Shown: positions 1 to 9,844 of the stretch, one piece after another
Layout of the letters: every line of letters begins with the position of its first letter
How positions within the stretch are numbered: position 1 is the stretch's first letter
NCBI GenBank assembly: GCA_052388015.1
Contig: JBQTIN010000041.1
Direction: 5' to 3' (one strand)
Source: Sphingosinicella sp.
GTDB lineage: Bacteria; Pseudomonadota; Alphaproteobacteria; Sphingomonadales; Sphingomonadaceae
Length of the DNA stretch: 64,000 bases
Program-made: the position numbers and the translations under genes
Notes under the pieces: model-generated
The model's database searches: none
Told to the model about the DNA's origin: nothing
What the model saw: the letters and a program-made list of their open reading frames with translations, nothing else

Positions 1-54
1 CCGGGGCCGGTTCGGTCCGCTTAGCTGCGGCGCGCGATCAACGGGAGCGGACCC

Positions 55-588
55 ATGAAATATGCCCTGATCTACGGCCTGCTGTCGGGTCTCGTCATCG
101 TCGGCACGATCACCGCGGGGCTGGCGCTCGGGCCGGAGAACAGCATCTTCAGCACGATGTGGTTCGGCTATCTCGTCATGCTGGTGGCGCTGAGCTTCGT
201 CTTCATGGGCGTGAAGCGCTATCGCGACGTCGAGAAGGGCGGGGCGATCCGCTTCATGCCGGCGCTCGGCATGGGCCTCGGCATCGCCGTGGTGGCGGCG
301 CTGGCCTACATCCTGGTCTGGGAAATCTATCTCGCCGCGACCGGTTATCGCTTCATGGACGAGTTCCTTGCCGCGATGGCGCGCGGGCTCGAGGCGCAGG
401 GCAAATCGGCCAGCGAGGTCGCGGCCGAGATGGCCGAATTTCAGTGGATGCGGGACAACTATGGCAACCCGCTGATCCGCATTCCGGTGACCTTCCTGGA
501 GATTTTCCCGGTCGGCCTGATCGTCGCCTTGTTCTCGGCGGCCGTGCTGCGGAATCCGCGGGTGCTGCCGGCGCGGGTCGCGGGCTGA
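55..588 (+). CDS. DUF4199-like membrane protein
   Basis: 177 aa with about four hydrophobic segments and a GVKRYRD motif after the second; GGGAG RBS upstream. Confidence 0.75.
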   Translation: MKYALIYGLLSGLVIVGTITAGLALGPENSIFSTMWFGYLVMLVALSFVFMGVKRYRDVEKGGAIRFMPALGMGLGIAVVAALAYILVWEIYLAATGYRFMDEFLAAMARGLEAQGKSASEVAAEMAEFQWMRDNYGNPLIRIPVTFLEIFPVGLIVALFSAAVLRNPRVLPARVAG

Positions 589-2205
589 TCAGCGCGCCGC
601 CGCTTCCCGCGCCCGCGCTTCGGCCACCATCCGCTCGACGCTGGCGAGCAGTACGGGGGCGTCGTAGACGATGCCGTCCTTGATCGTCCAGCGGACGCCG
701 CCGATCCGCTCGACCTGCTGCGTCTGGGCGTTCAGCCGCATATGGCCGGTGCCGTAGAGCAGCTTGAGGTTGGCGAGCGGGTTGCCGGGGACGATGACCA
801 GATCGGCGAGCATGCCGGCGCGCACGATGCCGAATTCGGGTTCACGGCCCGTCGGCTCGACGAGCTCGCGGGCGCCGTTGATCGTGGCCGCCTGGATGAC
901 CTCCAGCGGCGAGAAGCCCGCTTCCTGCAGCATCTCCAGCTCCTGGACGTAAGAGAAGCCCCAGGTCTGGTAGATATAGCCGGGGTCGGAGCCGACCGTG
1001 ACCCGCCCGCCCATATTCTTGTAGTCGTTCACCAGCCGCATCCAGGGCGTGTAGAAGCGCCGCCAGGCGATCTCGTCGGCGGTCGTCCAGTCCCAGAAAT
1101 AAGAGCCGTGATGGACCCGGCTTGGCTGGAAGAAGCGTTGCAGCGACGGCAGCGTATAGCGCTCGTGCCATTCGGCGGTGCGCGCGCGCATCACGTCGCG
1201 GCCGGCGGAATAGATGTTGAAGGTCGGCGACATGAAGACGCCCCGCTCGCGCAGCCGCTCGAGATAGGCGCGCCATTCCGGGCTTCCCGGCGTCACGATC
1301 TGGTCGGCGAGGCGCGCCACCTGGCCGAACCGCCATTGCTCGTCGGCCATGTTGTAGTCGGGCGGGTAGGAGGGGAGGCGCCGGTCGCGCAGCAGGGATT
1401 CGAAATGACCGTAGAAATGGGTGACACCGCCCAGCCCCAGCGCCGCGGCGCGATCGGCATTGACCTCGGCGACGCCGCCCTGGCCGAGATGGGCGACAGT
1501 GCCGAGCCGCTGCGCGCGGGCCTCGGCGAGCGCCGCTTCGAGCACCGCCGGCGGCTCGCTGTTGAAGAACTTGATCCCGTCATAGCCGGCCTGCGCGGCC
1601 CAGCGGACGAAGGCCCGCGCCCGTTCCGGGCTGTTCACTGGGCCGCCGGTCCAGACATCCCCGATCACGACATAAGCGAACAGGCGGGGCGCGACGATGC
1701 TGTTGTCGCGGCTGCGCTGCCGGTCGGCGAGCGACATGTCGCCCGCGCCGCCGTAAAGGCCGACGCCGCGCACCGTGGTGACGCCGTGCGCCAGCCAGAG
1801 CCGGTAGCCATAGGTCGCGTTCGGCGCCTTGTCGGGATCGCCATTGTGGCCATGGACGTCGACGAAGCCGGGCAGCACCGTCATGCCGGCGGCGTCGATC
1901 TCGCGATCGGCGTCGCCCGGCGGGCGATTCTGCGGCTGCGGCAGGCCGGGGTTTCCGGCGGAGCGGATGCTCTCGATCCGGTTGCCCGCGACGACGATGT
2001 CGACGGGGCCCCGCGGCGGCGCCCCGCTGCCGTCGACCAGGGTCGCGTTGCGGATGACGAGGCGGCGGTATGGCCCCTCACCCTCGCCCGGCTGACGGTC
2101 CGGCACCCGCTCCATCCGGGCGACATCCTGGGCGAAGCCCGACGGCTGGACCGCGAGCGTCGCCAGCAACAGCGCGGCCCAGCCTGCCAAACGCATCAGA
2201 CGCAT
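589..2205 (-). CDS. Secreted metal-dependent amidohydrolase family protein
   Basis: Signal peptide; PGFVDVHGH (HxH metal site), GSD and ADLVIV motifs. Confidence 0.85.
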   Translation of the reverse strand: MRLMRLAGWAALLLATLAVQPSGFAQDVARMERVPDRQPGEGEGPYRRLVIRNATLVDGSGAPPRGPVDIVVAGNRIESIRSAGNPGLPQPQNRPPGDADREIDAAGMTVLPGFVDVHGHNGDPDKAPNATYGYRLWLAHGVTTVRGVGLYGGAGDMSLADRQRSRDNSIVAPRLFAYVVIGDVWTGGPVNSPERARAFVRWAAQAGYDGIKFFNSEPPAVLEAALAEARAQRLGTVAHLGQGGVAEVNADRAAALGLGGVTHFYGHFESLLRDRRLPSYPPDYNMADEQWRFGQVARLADQIVTPGSPEWRAYLERLRERGVFMSPTFNIYSAGRDVMRARTAEWHERYTLPSLQRFFQPSRVHHGSYFWDWTTADEIAWRRFYTPWMRLVNDYKNMGGRVTVGSDPGYIYQTWGFSYVQELEMLQEAGFSPLEVIQAATINGARELVEPTGREPEFGIVRAGMLADLVIVPGNPLANLKLLYGTGHMRLNAQTQQVERIGGVRWTIKDGIVYDAPVLLASVERMVAEARAREAAAR

Positions 2206-2240
2206 CGCGATCCCCCGATAGGTTAAGCCCAGCCTACCGC

Positions 2241-2259
2241 CCTATTCATGGCCTATTCA
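2241..2259 (+). promoter_or_regulatory. Putative OmpR/PhoB-family binding site (CCTATTCA direct repeat, 11-bp period)
   Basis: CCTATTCA at 2241-2248 and 2252-2259, upstream of the PepSY/RR/HK operon. Confidence 0.5.
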
Positions 2260-2316
2260 ATGGCTTCGGCTATTGTGGCTTGCGATTCTCCCGCGAAAGG
2301 CCAAACCGTTCCCGCC

Positions 2317-2604
2317 ATGCGTCCGCTGTTGCTCGTCCTGCTTGTTCTCGCCTGCGCGGCGCCTGCTGTCGCGCAGCGGCTGGGCGCGACGCGCGGCGGC
2401 GAACAGGACCAGGCTTATCGAGCGATGAATCAGGGCGAGATCCTGCCGCTCGGCGAAATCCGGGCGCGGATCAACGTGCCGGGTGCGAGGTTCATCGGCG
2501 TCGAGTTCGACGGGCGCATCTATCGCCTGAAGTTCATGCGCGGCTCCGAGATGATCTGGATCGACGTCGACGCGCGCACCGGCCGGGTGGTCGGCCGCCA
2601 ATAG
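2317..2604 (+). CDS. PepSY-domain periplasmic protein
   Basis: Signal peptide; GEILPL...YRLKF...IDVDARTGRVV is a PepSY-like signature; lies upstream of a two-component system. Confidence 0.75.
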   Translation: MRPLLLVLLVLACAAPAVAQRLGATRGGEQDQAYRAMNQGEILPLGEIRARINVPGARFIGVEFDGRIYRLKFMRGSEMIWIDVDARTGRVVGRQ

Positions 2605-2689
2605 CGCGTCGCGCCCGGCATGGCGCTGGACGGCGCTCGCTGCTATCTCCATCTGAACGGCTTCGCGCCCTCGGGCGCCAGGGAAGGGA

Positions 2690-3364
2690 ATGTCTATGCG
2701 GGTGCTGATCGTCGAGGACGAACCCAATCTGGGGCGGCAGCTGCGCGCGACGCTGGAGGGCGCGGGCTATGCGATCGATCTCGCCACCGACGGCGAGGAC
2801 GGCCACTATCTGGGCTCGACCGAGACCTATGACGCGATCATCCTCGATCTCGGCTTGCCCGAGGTGGACGGGCTCACCGTGCTCGACCGCTGGCGCAAGG
2901 AGGGGATGAAGGTCCCGGTTCTTGTCCTGACCGCGCGCGACAGCTGGTCGGACAAGGTGGCGGGGCTCGACGCCGGCGCCGACGATTATCTCGCCAAGCC
3001 GTTCCAGACCGAGGAGCTGATCGCGCGGTTGCGCGCCCTGATCCGCCGCGCCTCCGGCAATGCCTCGTCCGAACTGATCGCCGGCGACGTGCGGCTCGAC
3101 ACCCGCTCCGGCAAGGTGACGCTGGACGGCGAGCCGGTGAAGCTGACCGCGCAGGAATATAAGCTCCTGTCCTACCTGATGCACCACAAGGGCAAGGTGG
3201 TGAGCCGTACCGAGCTGATCGAGCATATCTACGACCAGGATTTTGATCGGGATTCTAACACCATCGAAGTCTTCGTCACTCGCATCCGCAAGAAGCTCGG
3301 CCCCGACGTGATCACCACGATCCGCGGCCTCGGCTATTCGCTCGACGAGCCGCGCGCGTCATGA
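2690..3364 (+). CDS. OmpR-family response regulator (PhoP/FeuP-like)
   Basis: Receiver motifs VEDE, ILDLGLP and AKPF; winged-helix tail SNTIEVFVTRIRKKL...RGLGY. Confidence 0.95.
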   Translation: MSMRVLIVEDEPNLGRQLRATLEGAGYAIDLATDGEDGHYLGSTETYDAIILDLGLPEVDGLTVLDRWRKEGMKVPVLVLTARDSWSDKVAGLDAGADDYLAKPFQTEELIARLRALIRRASGNASSELIAGDVRLDTRSGKVTLDGEPVKLTAQEYKLLSYLMHHKGKVVSRTELIEHIYDQDFDRDSNTIEVFVTRIRKKLGPDVITTIRGLGYSLDEPRAS

Positions 3365-3381
3365 GGCGTTCAGCCCTTTTT

Positions 3382-3465
3382 CGTCATTCCCGCGAAGGCG
3401 GGAATCCATACTGAGTCCGGCGCGGCTCTCCAGTCGCATGGACTCCCGCTTTCGCGGGAGTGACG
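3382..3465. repeat. REP-like palindromic doublet (CGTCATTCCCGCGAAGGCGGGAATCCA family)
   Basis: CGTCATTCCCGCGAAGGCGGGAATCCA ... TGGACTCCCGCTTTCGCGGGAGTGACG as inverted copies, each itself a hairpin. Confidence 0.85.
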
Positions 3466-3472
3466 GATTGGC

Positions 3473-4858
3473 ATGAAGCTGAAGCTCCCCTCACTCCGCC
3501 GCTTCTGGGTCCGCCGCGCCGAGCGGCGCTCGTCGGGCTCGCTCACCCGGCGGATGATCGGCATCGCGGCGCTGTGGATCGGGCTTTTGCTTTCGGTCGG
3601 CGCCTATGCGCTCGATCGGTTGCTGACCTCGGCGGTGACCGAGAATTTCGACGCCCAGCTCGAGTTCGTGCTGACCTCGATGATCGCCTCGGCCGAGATC
3701 GGCCCGGAAGGCGAGGTGCTGTACGCCCGCGAGCCTGCCGACCAGCGCTTCCTGGAGCCTTATTCCGGCCTCTATTATCAAGTCAGCGGCCAGGGGTTCG
3801 AGCCCTTCCGCTCGCGCTCGCTCTGGGACCGGCGGCTGACGCCGCAAGGCCATGACGATGGCGAGGCCCATTATTATGACAGCGCCGAGTTCCCCGGCGA
3901 AGCGCTGAGGATCATCGAGCGCGACGTGCGCATGCCCGGGTCGCCGATCCGCTGGCGCTTTCAGGTCGCCCAGAATCGCGAGCTGCTCGACGAGCAGATC
4001 GGGGTCATCCGCAACACCCTGATCCAGTCCTTCGGCGTCCTCGGCCTTGGCCTGATCATCCTCGCCGCCCTGCAGGCGATCTACGGGCTATGGCCGCTCC
4101 GGAAGATGCGGCGCGCGATCGCGGCGGTGCGATCCGGCCAGAAGTCACGGATCGACGAACGGCTGCCGGCCGAGATTCAGCCTCTTACCGAGGAGCTCAA
4201 TGAACTGCTCGAGCATAATGAGACGCAGGCGGAGGAAGCGCGGCGCCATGCCGGCAACCTCGCCCATGCGCTGAAGACCCCGCTCACCGTGGTCAACAAC
4301 GCCGCCACCGCGCACGCGCCCGATCTCGCCGATACGGTGATCCGCGAATCGCGGGTGATGCGGCGCCAGGTCGACCATCATCTCGCTCGGGCGCGGGCGA
4401 TCGGCCGGCGCTCCAGCGCGCAGGCGCGCAGCGCCGTCTGGCCAAGCCTCGAATCGGTCGAGCGCGCGGTGAGCCGGCTCTACGAGAACGTCACCATCGA
4501 CATCGCCGGCGACAAGCAAGCGGAGGCGCGGGTCGAGCGGCAGGATCTCGACGAGCTGCTCGGCAATCTGATCGAGAACGCCGCCAAATATGGCCAGGGC
4601 CGGGTCTTCGTGACCGTGAACGCCACGCCCGAATGGGCGGAGATCGAGGTCGAGGACGACGGCGCCGGCATTCCGGAAAGCGAGCGCGAGACGATCTTCG
4701 ATCGCGGCGCCCGGCTCGACTCCGGCAAGCCCGGTACCGGCCTCGGCCTCGCCATCGTCCGCGATGTCGCCCAGATCTACGGCGGCTCGATCGCGCTGGA
4801 GGAGAGCGAGGATCTGGGCGGCCTGCTCGCCCGGCTGAAGCTGCCCAAGGCGGCCTGA
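3473..4858 (+). CDS. Sensor histidine kinase
   Basis: Two TM segments; H-box LAHALKTPL, N-box NLIENAAKY, G-boxes DDGAGI and GTGLGL. Confidence 0.95.
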   Translation: MKLKLPSLRRFWVRRAERRSSGSLTRRMIGIAALWIGLLLSVGAYALDRLLTSAVTENFDAQLEFVLTSMIASAEIGPEGEVLYAREPADQRFLEPYSGLYYQVSGQGFEPFRSRSLWDRRLTPQGHDDGEAHYYDSAEFPGEALRIIERDVRMPGSPIRWRFQVAQNRELLDEQIGVIRNTLIQSFGVLGLGLIILAALQAIYGLWPLRKMRRAIAAVRSGQKSRIDERLPAEIQPLTEELNELLEHNETQAEEARRHAGNLAHALKTPLTVVNNAATAHAPDLADTVIRESRVMRRQVDHHLARARAIGRRSSAQARSAVWPSLESVERAVSRLYENVTIDIAGDKQAEARVERQDLDELLGNLIENAAKYGQGRVFVTVNATPEWAEIEVEDDGAGIPESERETIFDRGARLDSGKPGTGLGLAIVRDVAQIYGGSIALEESEDLGGLLARLKLPKAA

Positions 4859-4899
4859 CCCTTGCGTTTGCGCGGCGGGACGCGCATCGGCGCCAACGC

Positions 4900-5910
4900 A
4901 TGACCGCGACCGTTCACCCCCTGCGACCTGGTGCCGCGCCGTCCCTCGATCCGATCGTCCAGCTCGTCGCCGCCGACTTGAACAAGGTCAATGCAGTGAT
5001 CCTGGAGCGGATGCAGAGCGAGGTGGCCTTGATCCCGGAGCTTGCCGGCCACCTCATCGCCGGCGGCGGCAAGCGAATGCGGCCGATGCTGACGCTCGCC
5101 TGCGCTGCCCTGGTCGATTACCAGGGCGCGCGGCATCACAGGCTCGCCGCCGCGGTCGAGTTCATCCACACCGCCACCTTGCTCCACGACGACGTGGTCG
5201 ATGGCTCCGGCCTCAGGCGCGGCCGGCGCACCGCGAACATGATCTGGGGCAATCCGGCGAGCGTGCTGGTCGGCGACTTCCTGTTCAGCCGCGCCTTCGA
5301 GTTGATGGTCGAGGATGGTTCGCTGAAGGTGCTCAAGATCCTGTCGCGGGCGTCGAGCGTGATCGCCGAAGGCGAGGTCAGCCAGCTCACCGCCCAGCGC
5401 CGGATCGACACCGGCGAGGACCATTATCTTGAGATCATCTCGGCCAAGACGGCGGCCCTGTTCGCCGCCGCCTGCCGGATCGCGGCGGTGGTCGCCGAGC
5501 GCGAGGAGGAAGCCGAGGCCGCGCTCGACGCTTATGGCCGCAACCTCGGCATCGCGTTCCAGCTCGTCGACGATGCGATCGACTATTCCTCCGACGCGGC
5601 GACGATGGGCAAAAGGGTCGGCGACGACCTCAGGGACGGCAAGGTGACGCTGCCCGTCATCCTCGCTTATGCGCGTGGGAGCGAGACGGACCGCACCTTC
5701 TGGCGCGAGGCGATCGCCGGCGGCGCGGCCGAGCCCGACCTCGCCCGCGCGACCGACCTGCTCGAAGAGACGGGCGCGCTCGCCGACACGCTGGAACGGG
5801 CGCGCCTGTTCGGCCGGCGGGCAATCGACGCGCTCGGCGCCTTTCCGGCCGGCCGGGCCAAGGCGGCGCTGGTCGAGACGGTCGAGTTCGCGATCCAGCG
5901 CGCTTATTAG
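4900..5910 (+). CDS. ispB: Polyprenyl diphosphate synthase
   Basis: GGKRMRP, HDDVVD and VDDAID motifs; start placed at MTATVHPL. Confidence 0.9.
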   Translation: MTATVHPLRPGAAPSLDPIVQLVAADLNKVNAVILERMQSEVALIPELAGHLIAGGGKRMRPMLTLACAALVDYQGARHHRLAAAVEFIHTATLLHDDVVDGSGLRRGRRTANMIWGNPASVLVGDFLFSRAFELMVEDGSLKVLKILSRASSVIAEGEVSQLTAQRRIDTGEDHYLEIISAKTAALFAAACRIAAVVAEREEEAEAALDAYGRNLGIAFQLVDDAIDYSSDAATMGKRVGDDLRDGKVTLPVILAYARGSETDRTFWREAIAGGAAEPDLARATDLLEETGALADTLERARLFGRRAIDALGAFPAGRAKAALVETVEFAIQRAY

Positions 5911-6851
5911 TCCAGCCGCTGCCCGCTCTCTTCGGCGATGAAGCTCAGCAAGGCGGCCTCAAGCGGATCGAGGTCCGGCTGGGCGGCGAGGCGCGCCCTC
6001 AGCCAGTCGGCCTCGGCCGGATCGATCGCCCGCGCGGCAGCCTGAAGCGCGGCGCGATCCGGCTCCGACGGGCCGGCCGCGGCGGCGGCTGAGAAACCCG
6101 AAAGCCCCGCGGCGGCCATTCGGCGGAAGAAGCCGCCGATATGCGGCTGGTTGTCGTCCACGAACGCTTCGAGCCGCGCCGCCTCGTCGCGGGCGAGCGG
6201 GCGATAGCTGTTATAGGCCATCAGATGGTTGCCGACCGCCTGCACGAACAATTTGTCCCATTCGGGCGCGTTGACCGCGCCGAGCGACAGATCCTTGATA
6301 CGGAACAGCATGTCGGCCTCGGCGCGGCTGATGCAGGCCGGACCATCCCCGGCCTGGGCAAACAGGATGCGCCGCAACAACCTCGCTTCGGCGGCGTTGA
6401 CGGAGCCGGGCTCGAGGGCCTCGCCATCGCGCGTCGGCCCCGCGCCGGTCAGCACGGCCGCTTCGATTTGCGACAACGCGTAATCTTTCAGGCCATCGGG
6501 CACATTGGTCGCATCTTCGAGGACTTTGACGAGCAATTCGAGCTCGCCAAGGGAATCGACGCGGCCGTCTTGGTCGATCCGCGCGATCAGCCAGCGCGCC
6601 TTGGCGTCGTCGACATAGCCGGCCGGCGCCGCCTGGTGAACGACATAGTCGCTCATCGCCTCGACGAAGAATTCGACCCATTCGCGATTCGCTGACTTCA
6701 GCCCTTCGTTGAGGTCGAAGATCGCTTCCGCCTCGGCCGGATCGACCCGGCCGTCGGGCCAGCAAATCCGACGCAGCGACAGGATATCGGCGGGCGCGAG
6801 AGCGGCCTTCGCCTTGAGCTCGGCAGCGAGCGACAGAAAGGGTGCGGTCAT
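5907..6851 (-). CDS. Conserved hypothetical protein with an internal duplication (TerB-like helical repeats)
   Basis: AEAEAIFDL..NREWVEFFVEAM resembles AEADMLFRI..NAPEWDKLFVQAV. Confidence 0.65.
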   Translation of the reverse strand: MTAPFLSLAAELKAKAALAPADILSLRRICWPDGRVDPAEAEAIFDLNEGLKSANREWVEFFVEAMSDYVVHQAAPAGYVDDAKARWLIARIDQDGRVDSLGELELLVKVLEDATNVPDGLKDYALSQIEAAVLTGAGPTRDGEALEPGSVNAAEARLLRRILFAQAGDGPACISRAEADMLFRIKDLSLGAVNAPEWDKLFVQAVGNHLMAYNSYRPLARDEAARLEAFVDDNQPHIGGFFRRMAAAGLSGFSAAAAAGPSEPDRAALQAAARAIDPAEADWLRARLAAQPDLDPLEAALLSFIAEESGQRLD

Positions 6852-6891
6852 GCGTGTTCCTTGATGCGCGCGGCACCTTAGCAGCGGGGCT

Positions 6892-6906
6892 TTAACGGCT
6901 TCTTAC
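6892..6906. promoter_or_regulatory. Possible CtrA box (TTAA-N7-TTAC)
   Basis: TTAACGGCTTCTTAC in the divergent promoter region; one mismatch to TTAA-N7-TTAA. Confidence 0.35.
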
Positions 6907-6924
6907 AAAGGCTAAGGAGGCCGC

Positions 6925-9375
6925 GTGAGCGCGCTCCCCATTGCCTCCGTCCTCCCCGCGCTGCTCGCGGCGCTGCGCGAGGGGTCGAACGCTGTTCTGG
7001 TCGCGCCGCCGGGGGCGGGCAAGACGACGGCGGTGGCGCCGGCCCTGCTCGGCGAGCCGTGGTGCACTGGCGAGATCCTGCTGCTCTCGCCGCGCCGACT
7101 CGCCGCGCGGGCGGCGGCGGAGCGGATGGCGGAACTGGCTGGCGAAACTGCCGGCGGGCTGATCGGCTATGCGACCCGGCTCGACAGCAAAAGATCGGCG
7201 CGGACGCGAATCACGGTGCTGACCGAAGGGATTTTCCTCTCCCGCCTTCAATCCAATCCCGAGCTGAAGGGCGTCTCCGCCGTCTTGTTCGACGAGGCGC
7301 ACGAGCGCAGCCTCGACGGCGATTTCGGCCTCGCGCTGGCGATCGACGCGCAGTCGGGATTGCGGCCGGACCTCAGGCTTCTCGTCATGTCGGCGACGCT
7401 CGACGGTGCCCGCTTCGGAACCCTGATGAACGATGCGCCGGTGGTCGAGAGCGAAGGCAGGGCGCATTCGGTCGAGATCGTCCATCTCGGCCGCGCCGCC
7501 GAAGCGCGGATCGAGGCGGCGATGGCGAGCGCGATCCGCCGCGCTTTTGCCGAGCGGCCGGGCGACCTGCTGGCCTTCCTGCCCGGCGTCGCCGAGATCG
7601 AGCGGACGGCGGAGCGGCTGAATCTGCCGCCGGACGTGGACTTGCATCGCCTGCACGGGACGCTCGACCCCGCCGCGCAGCGCGCCGCGATCCGCGCCGC
7701 GCCGCCCGGCCGGCGCAAGATCGTGCTCGCGACCTCGATCGCCGAGACCAGCCTGACCCTGGACGGGGTGCGGATCGTCGTCGATTCCGGGCTCGCGCGG
7801 CGGCCGCGCTACGACCGTGCCGCCGGCCTCACGCGACTGGTGACGGAGCGGGCCAGTCAGGCTGCGGTCGCGCAGCGCGCCGGCCGCGCGGGACGGCAGG
7901 CGCCGGGCGCCGTCTATCGCTTGTGGGAAGCGGCCGCGACGGCAAGCCCGCCGCGCTTCGATCCACCGGAAATCCTGGAGGCGGACCTGTCGGCGCTGCT
8001 GCTCGATTGCGCGCTCTGGGGCGTCGCCGATCCGCGCGCCCTGCGCTGGCTCGATCCGCCGCCTGAGGCGGCGGTGACGGAGGCGCGCCGGCGGCTGGCC
8101 TCGTTGGGCGCGATCGACGAGGCGGGCAGGCCCACAGCGCATGGGCGGGCCATCGCCGCCTTGCCGCTCCCGCCCCGCCTCGCCCATATGATGATCGAAG
8201 CCGAAGCGCGGGGCTGGGGCGTGACGGCGGCCGAGGTCGCTGTGCTGCTGTCGGAACGTGGGCTGGGCGGCAGTGACGCCGATCTGGAGCTGCGCCTGCG
8301 CCGCTGGCGCGGCGATAAGGGCAGGCGGGCCAAGGCCGCGCGGGGATTGGCGCGCAACTGGCTCAAGCTCACCAGCGCGTCTGCGGCGAAGCTCGTCGCT
8401 GCCGGTGGCGAAATCGGCGCCTGCGTCGCGCTCGCCTTCCCGGATCGGGTGGCGAGGCGGCGCGACGCGACCGGCGCGGACTGGCTCAGCGTTGGCGGGC
8501 GCGGCTTCCGGCTCGATCCGGCCGATCCGCTCGCCCGCAATGCCTGGCTGGCGGTCGCCGAGGTGAGCGGCGCGGCCGGCGGCGCGCGTATCCTCGCCGC
8601 CGCGCCGATCGATCAGGAAGCCGTCGAATCGCTGTTTGTCGTGCGGATCGAGACAGGCGCGAAGGTCGATTTCGATCCCGCCACCGGTGCCGTTCGCGCC
8701 AGTCATGGCCGCCGTCTCGGGGCGATCACCCTGTCCGGCGGGCAGGACAGCCGCGCTGAGCCGGCCGCGATCGAGGCGGCATTGCTGGACGGCGTGCGCA
8801 CGTACGGCGTCGATTTGCTGCCATGGGGCGAGGCGGCGCGGTCGCTGCGCGTTCGGGCCGGCTTCGCGCGGCGGCACGAATCGTCGCTTCCCGATCTCTC
8901 CGACCCGGCGTTCATCGCCGATCTCGATCAGTGGCTGCCGCCGCTGCTCGCCGGCCTTCGGCGGCTGGACGGGATCGATGCCGGCGCGCTGACCGCGGCG
9001 CTGGAGGCACGGTTGGGCTGGCCCGGCCGGCAAGAGGTGGAGCGCATCGCGCCCAGCCACTTCGAAACCCCGGCCGGCAGCCGCCACCCGATCGACTATG
9101 ACGCCGAGGCCGGGCCGACCGTCACCGTCCGGGTGCAGGCGCTGTTCGGGATTGCGGAGCATCCGACGGTTGGCGGCGTTCCGCTCGTCCTCTCGCTCAC
9201 CTCGCCGGCCGGACGGCCGATCCAGACGACGCGCGACCTGCCCGGCTTCTGGCGCGGCAGCTGGGCCATGGTCGCGAAGGAGATGCGCGGCCGTTATCCC
9301 AGGCATCCCTGGCCGGACGATCCGGCCGCCGCGCCGCCGACGCTCAGGACCAAACGCGCCGACCAGGCACGCTGA
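6925..9375 (+). CDS. hrpB: ATP-dependent RNA helicase HrpB
   Basis: GAGKTT, DEAHER, MSAT, QRAGRAGR; HrpB C-terminus LTSPAGRPIQTTRDL...GRYPRHPWP. Confidence 0.95.
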   Translation: MSALPIASVLPALLAALREGSNAVLVAPPGAGKTTAVAPALLGEPWCTGEILLLSPRRLAARAAAERMAELAGETAGGLIGYATRLDSKRSARTRITVLTEGIFLSRLQSNPELKGVSAVLFDEAHERSLDGDFGLALAIDAQSGLRPDLRLLVMSATLDGARFGTLMNDAPVVESEGRAHSVEIVHLGRAAEARIEAAMASAIRRAFAERPGDLLAFLPGVAEIERTAERLNLPPDVDLHRLHGTLDPAAQRAAIRAAPPGRRKIVLATSIAETSLTLDGVRIVVDSGLARRPRYDRAAGLTRLVTERASQAAVAQRAGRAGRQAPGAVYRLWEAAATASPPRFDPPEILEADLSALLLDCALWGVADPRALRWLDPPPEAAVTEARRRLASLGAIDEAGRPTAHGRAIAALPLPPRLAHMMIEAEARGWGVTAAEVAVLLSERGLGGSDADLELRLRRWRGDKGRRAKAARGLARNWLKLTSASAAKLVAAGGEIGACVALAFPDRVARRRDATGADWLSVGGRGFRLDPADPLARNAWLAVAEVSGAAGGARILAAAPIDQEAVESLFVVRIETGAKVDFDPATGAVRASHGRRLGAITLSGGQDSRAEPAAIEAALLDGVRTYGVDLLPWGEAARSLRVRAGFARRHESSLPDLSDPAFIADLDQWLPPLLAGLRRLDGIDAGALTAALEARLGWPGRQEVERIAPSHFETPAGSRHPIDYDAEAGPTVTVRVQALFGIAEHPTVGGVPLVLSLTSPAGRPIQTTRDLPGFWRGSWAMVAKEMRGRYPRHPWPDDPAAAPPTLRTKRADQAR

Positions 9376-9504
9376 CGCAAGGCCGATCAGCGATTCGGCA
9401 AGCGCGATCAACAAGTTCGCAGCACCGGTCAGTGCCTCGCGACGTTATATTCTCCTAATACAGCGGAGGCGCCGCTTCGGCGCTTCGTGAAAAGGAGTCC
9501 AGGG

Positions 9505-9753
9505 ATGCGCAAGACCATCCTGCTGTCCGTCGCCGGCGCGATCACGCTCGGCCTGTCCGTCCCCGCCAGCGCCAGCGACGACAATGCCCGCGCGGCGCGT
9601 GACGCCGCTGTGCCTCAGACCACCGCGTCGAACGATGCCGACCGGCAGATCTGCGTCCGCGCCCAGCTCACCGGCTCCAGACTCTACCGGCGTATCTGCC
9701 GCACCGCGCGCGAATGGGAGGCGCTGGAAGGAGGGCTGCCCAACGAGCGCTGA
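9505..9753 (+). CDS. Small secreted protein (IC...TGSR...C family)
   Basis: AAAGGAG RBS, signal peptide, ICVRAQLTGSRLYRRICRTAREW. Confidence 0.7.
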   Translation: MRKTILLSVAGAITLGLSVPASASDDNARAARDAAVPQTTASNDADRQICVRAQLTGSRLYRRICRTAREWEALEGGLPNER

Positions 9754-9844
9754 GGCCCGCTGAAAGCCGACGCCCGGCCAGATTCCGGTTCGCCTTCGTG
9801 CCTCGCCGCGCTAGAGCGGCGCCGGGCGAAGACGGAGATAAGGG

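Noticed and set aside
6892-9414. 840-aa ORF antisense to hrpB, and similar long shadow ORFs such as 23125-26052 opposite smc
   Set aside because: Arg/Pro/Gly-rich with no motifs; expected from stop-codon scarcity opposite high-GC genes.
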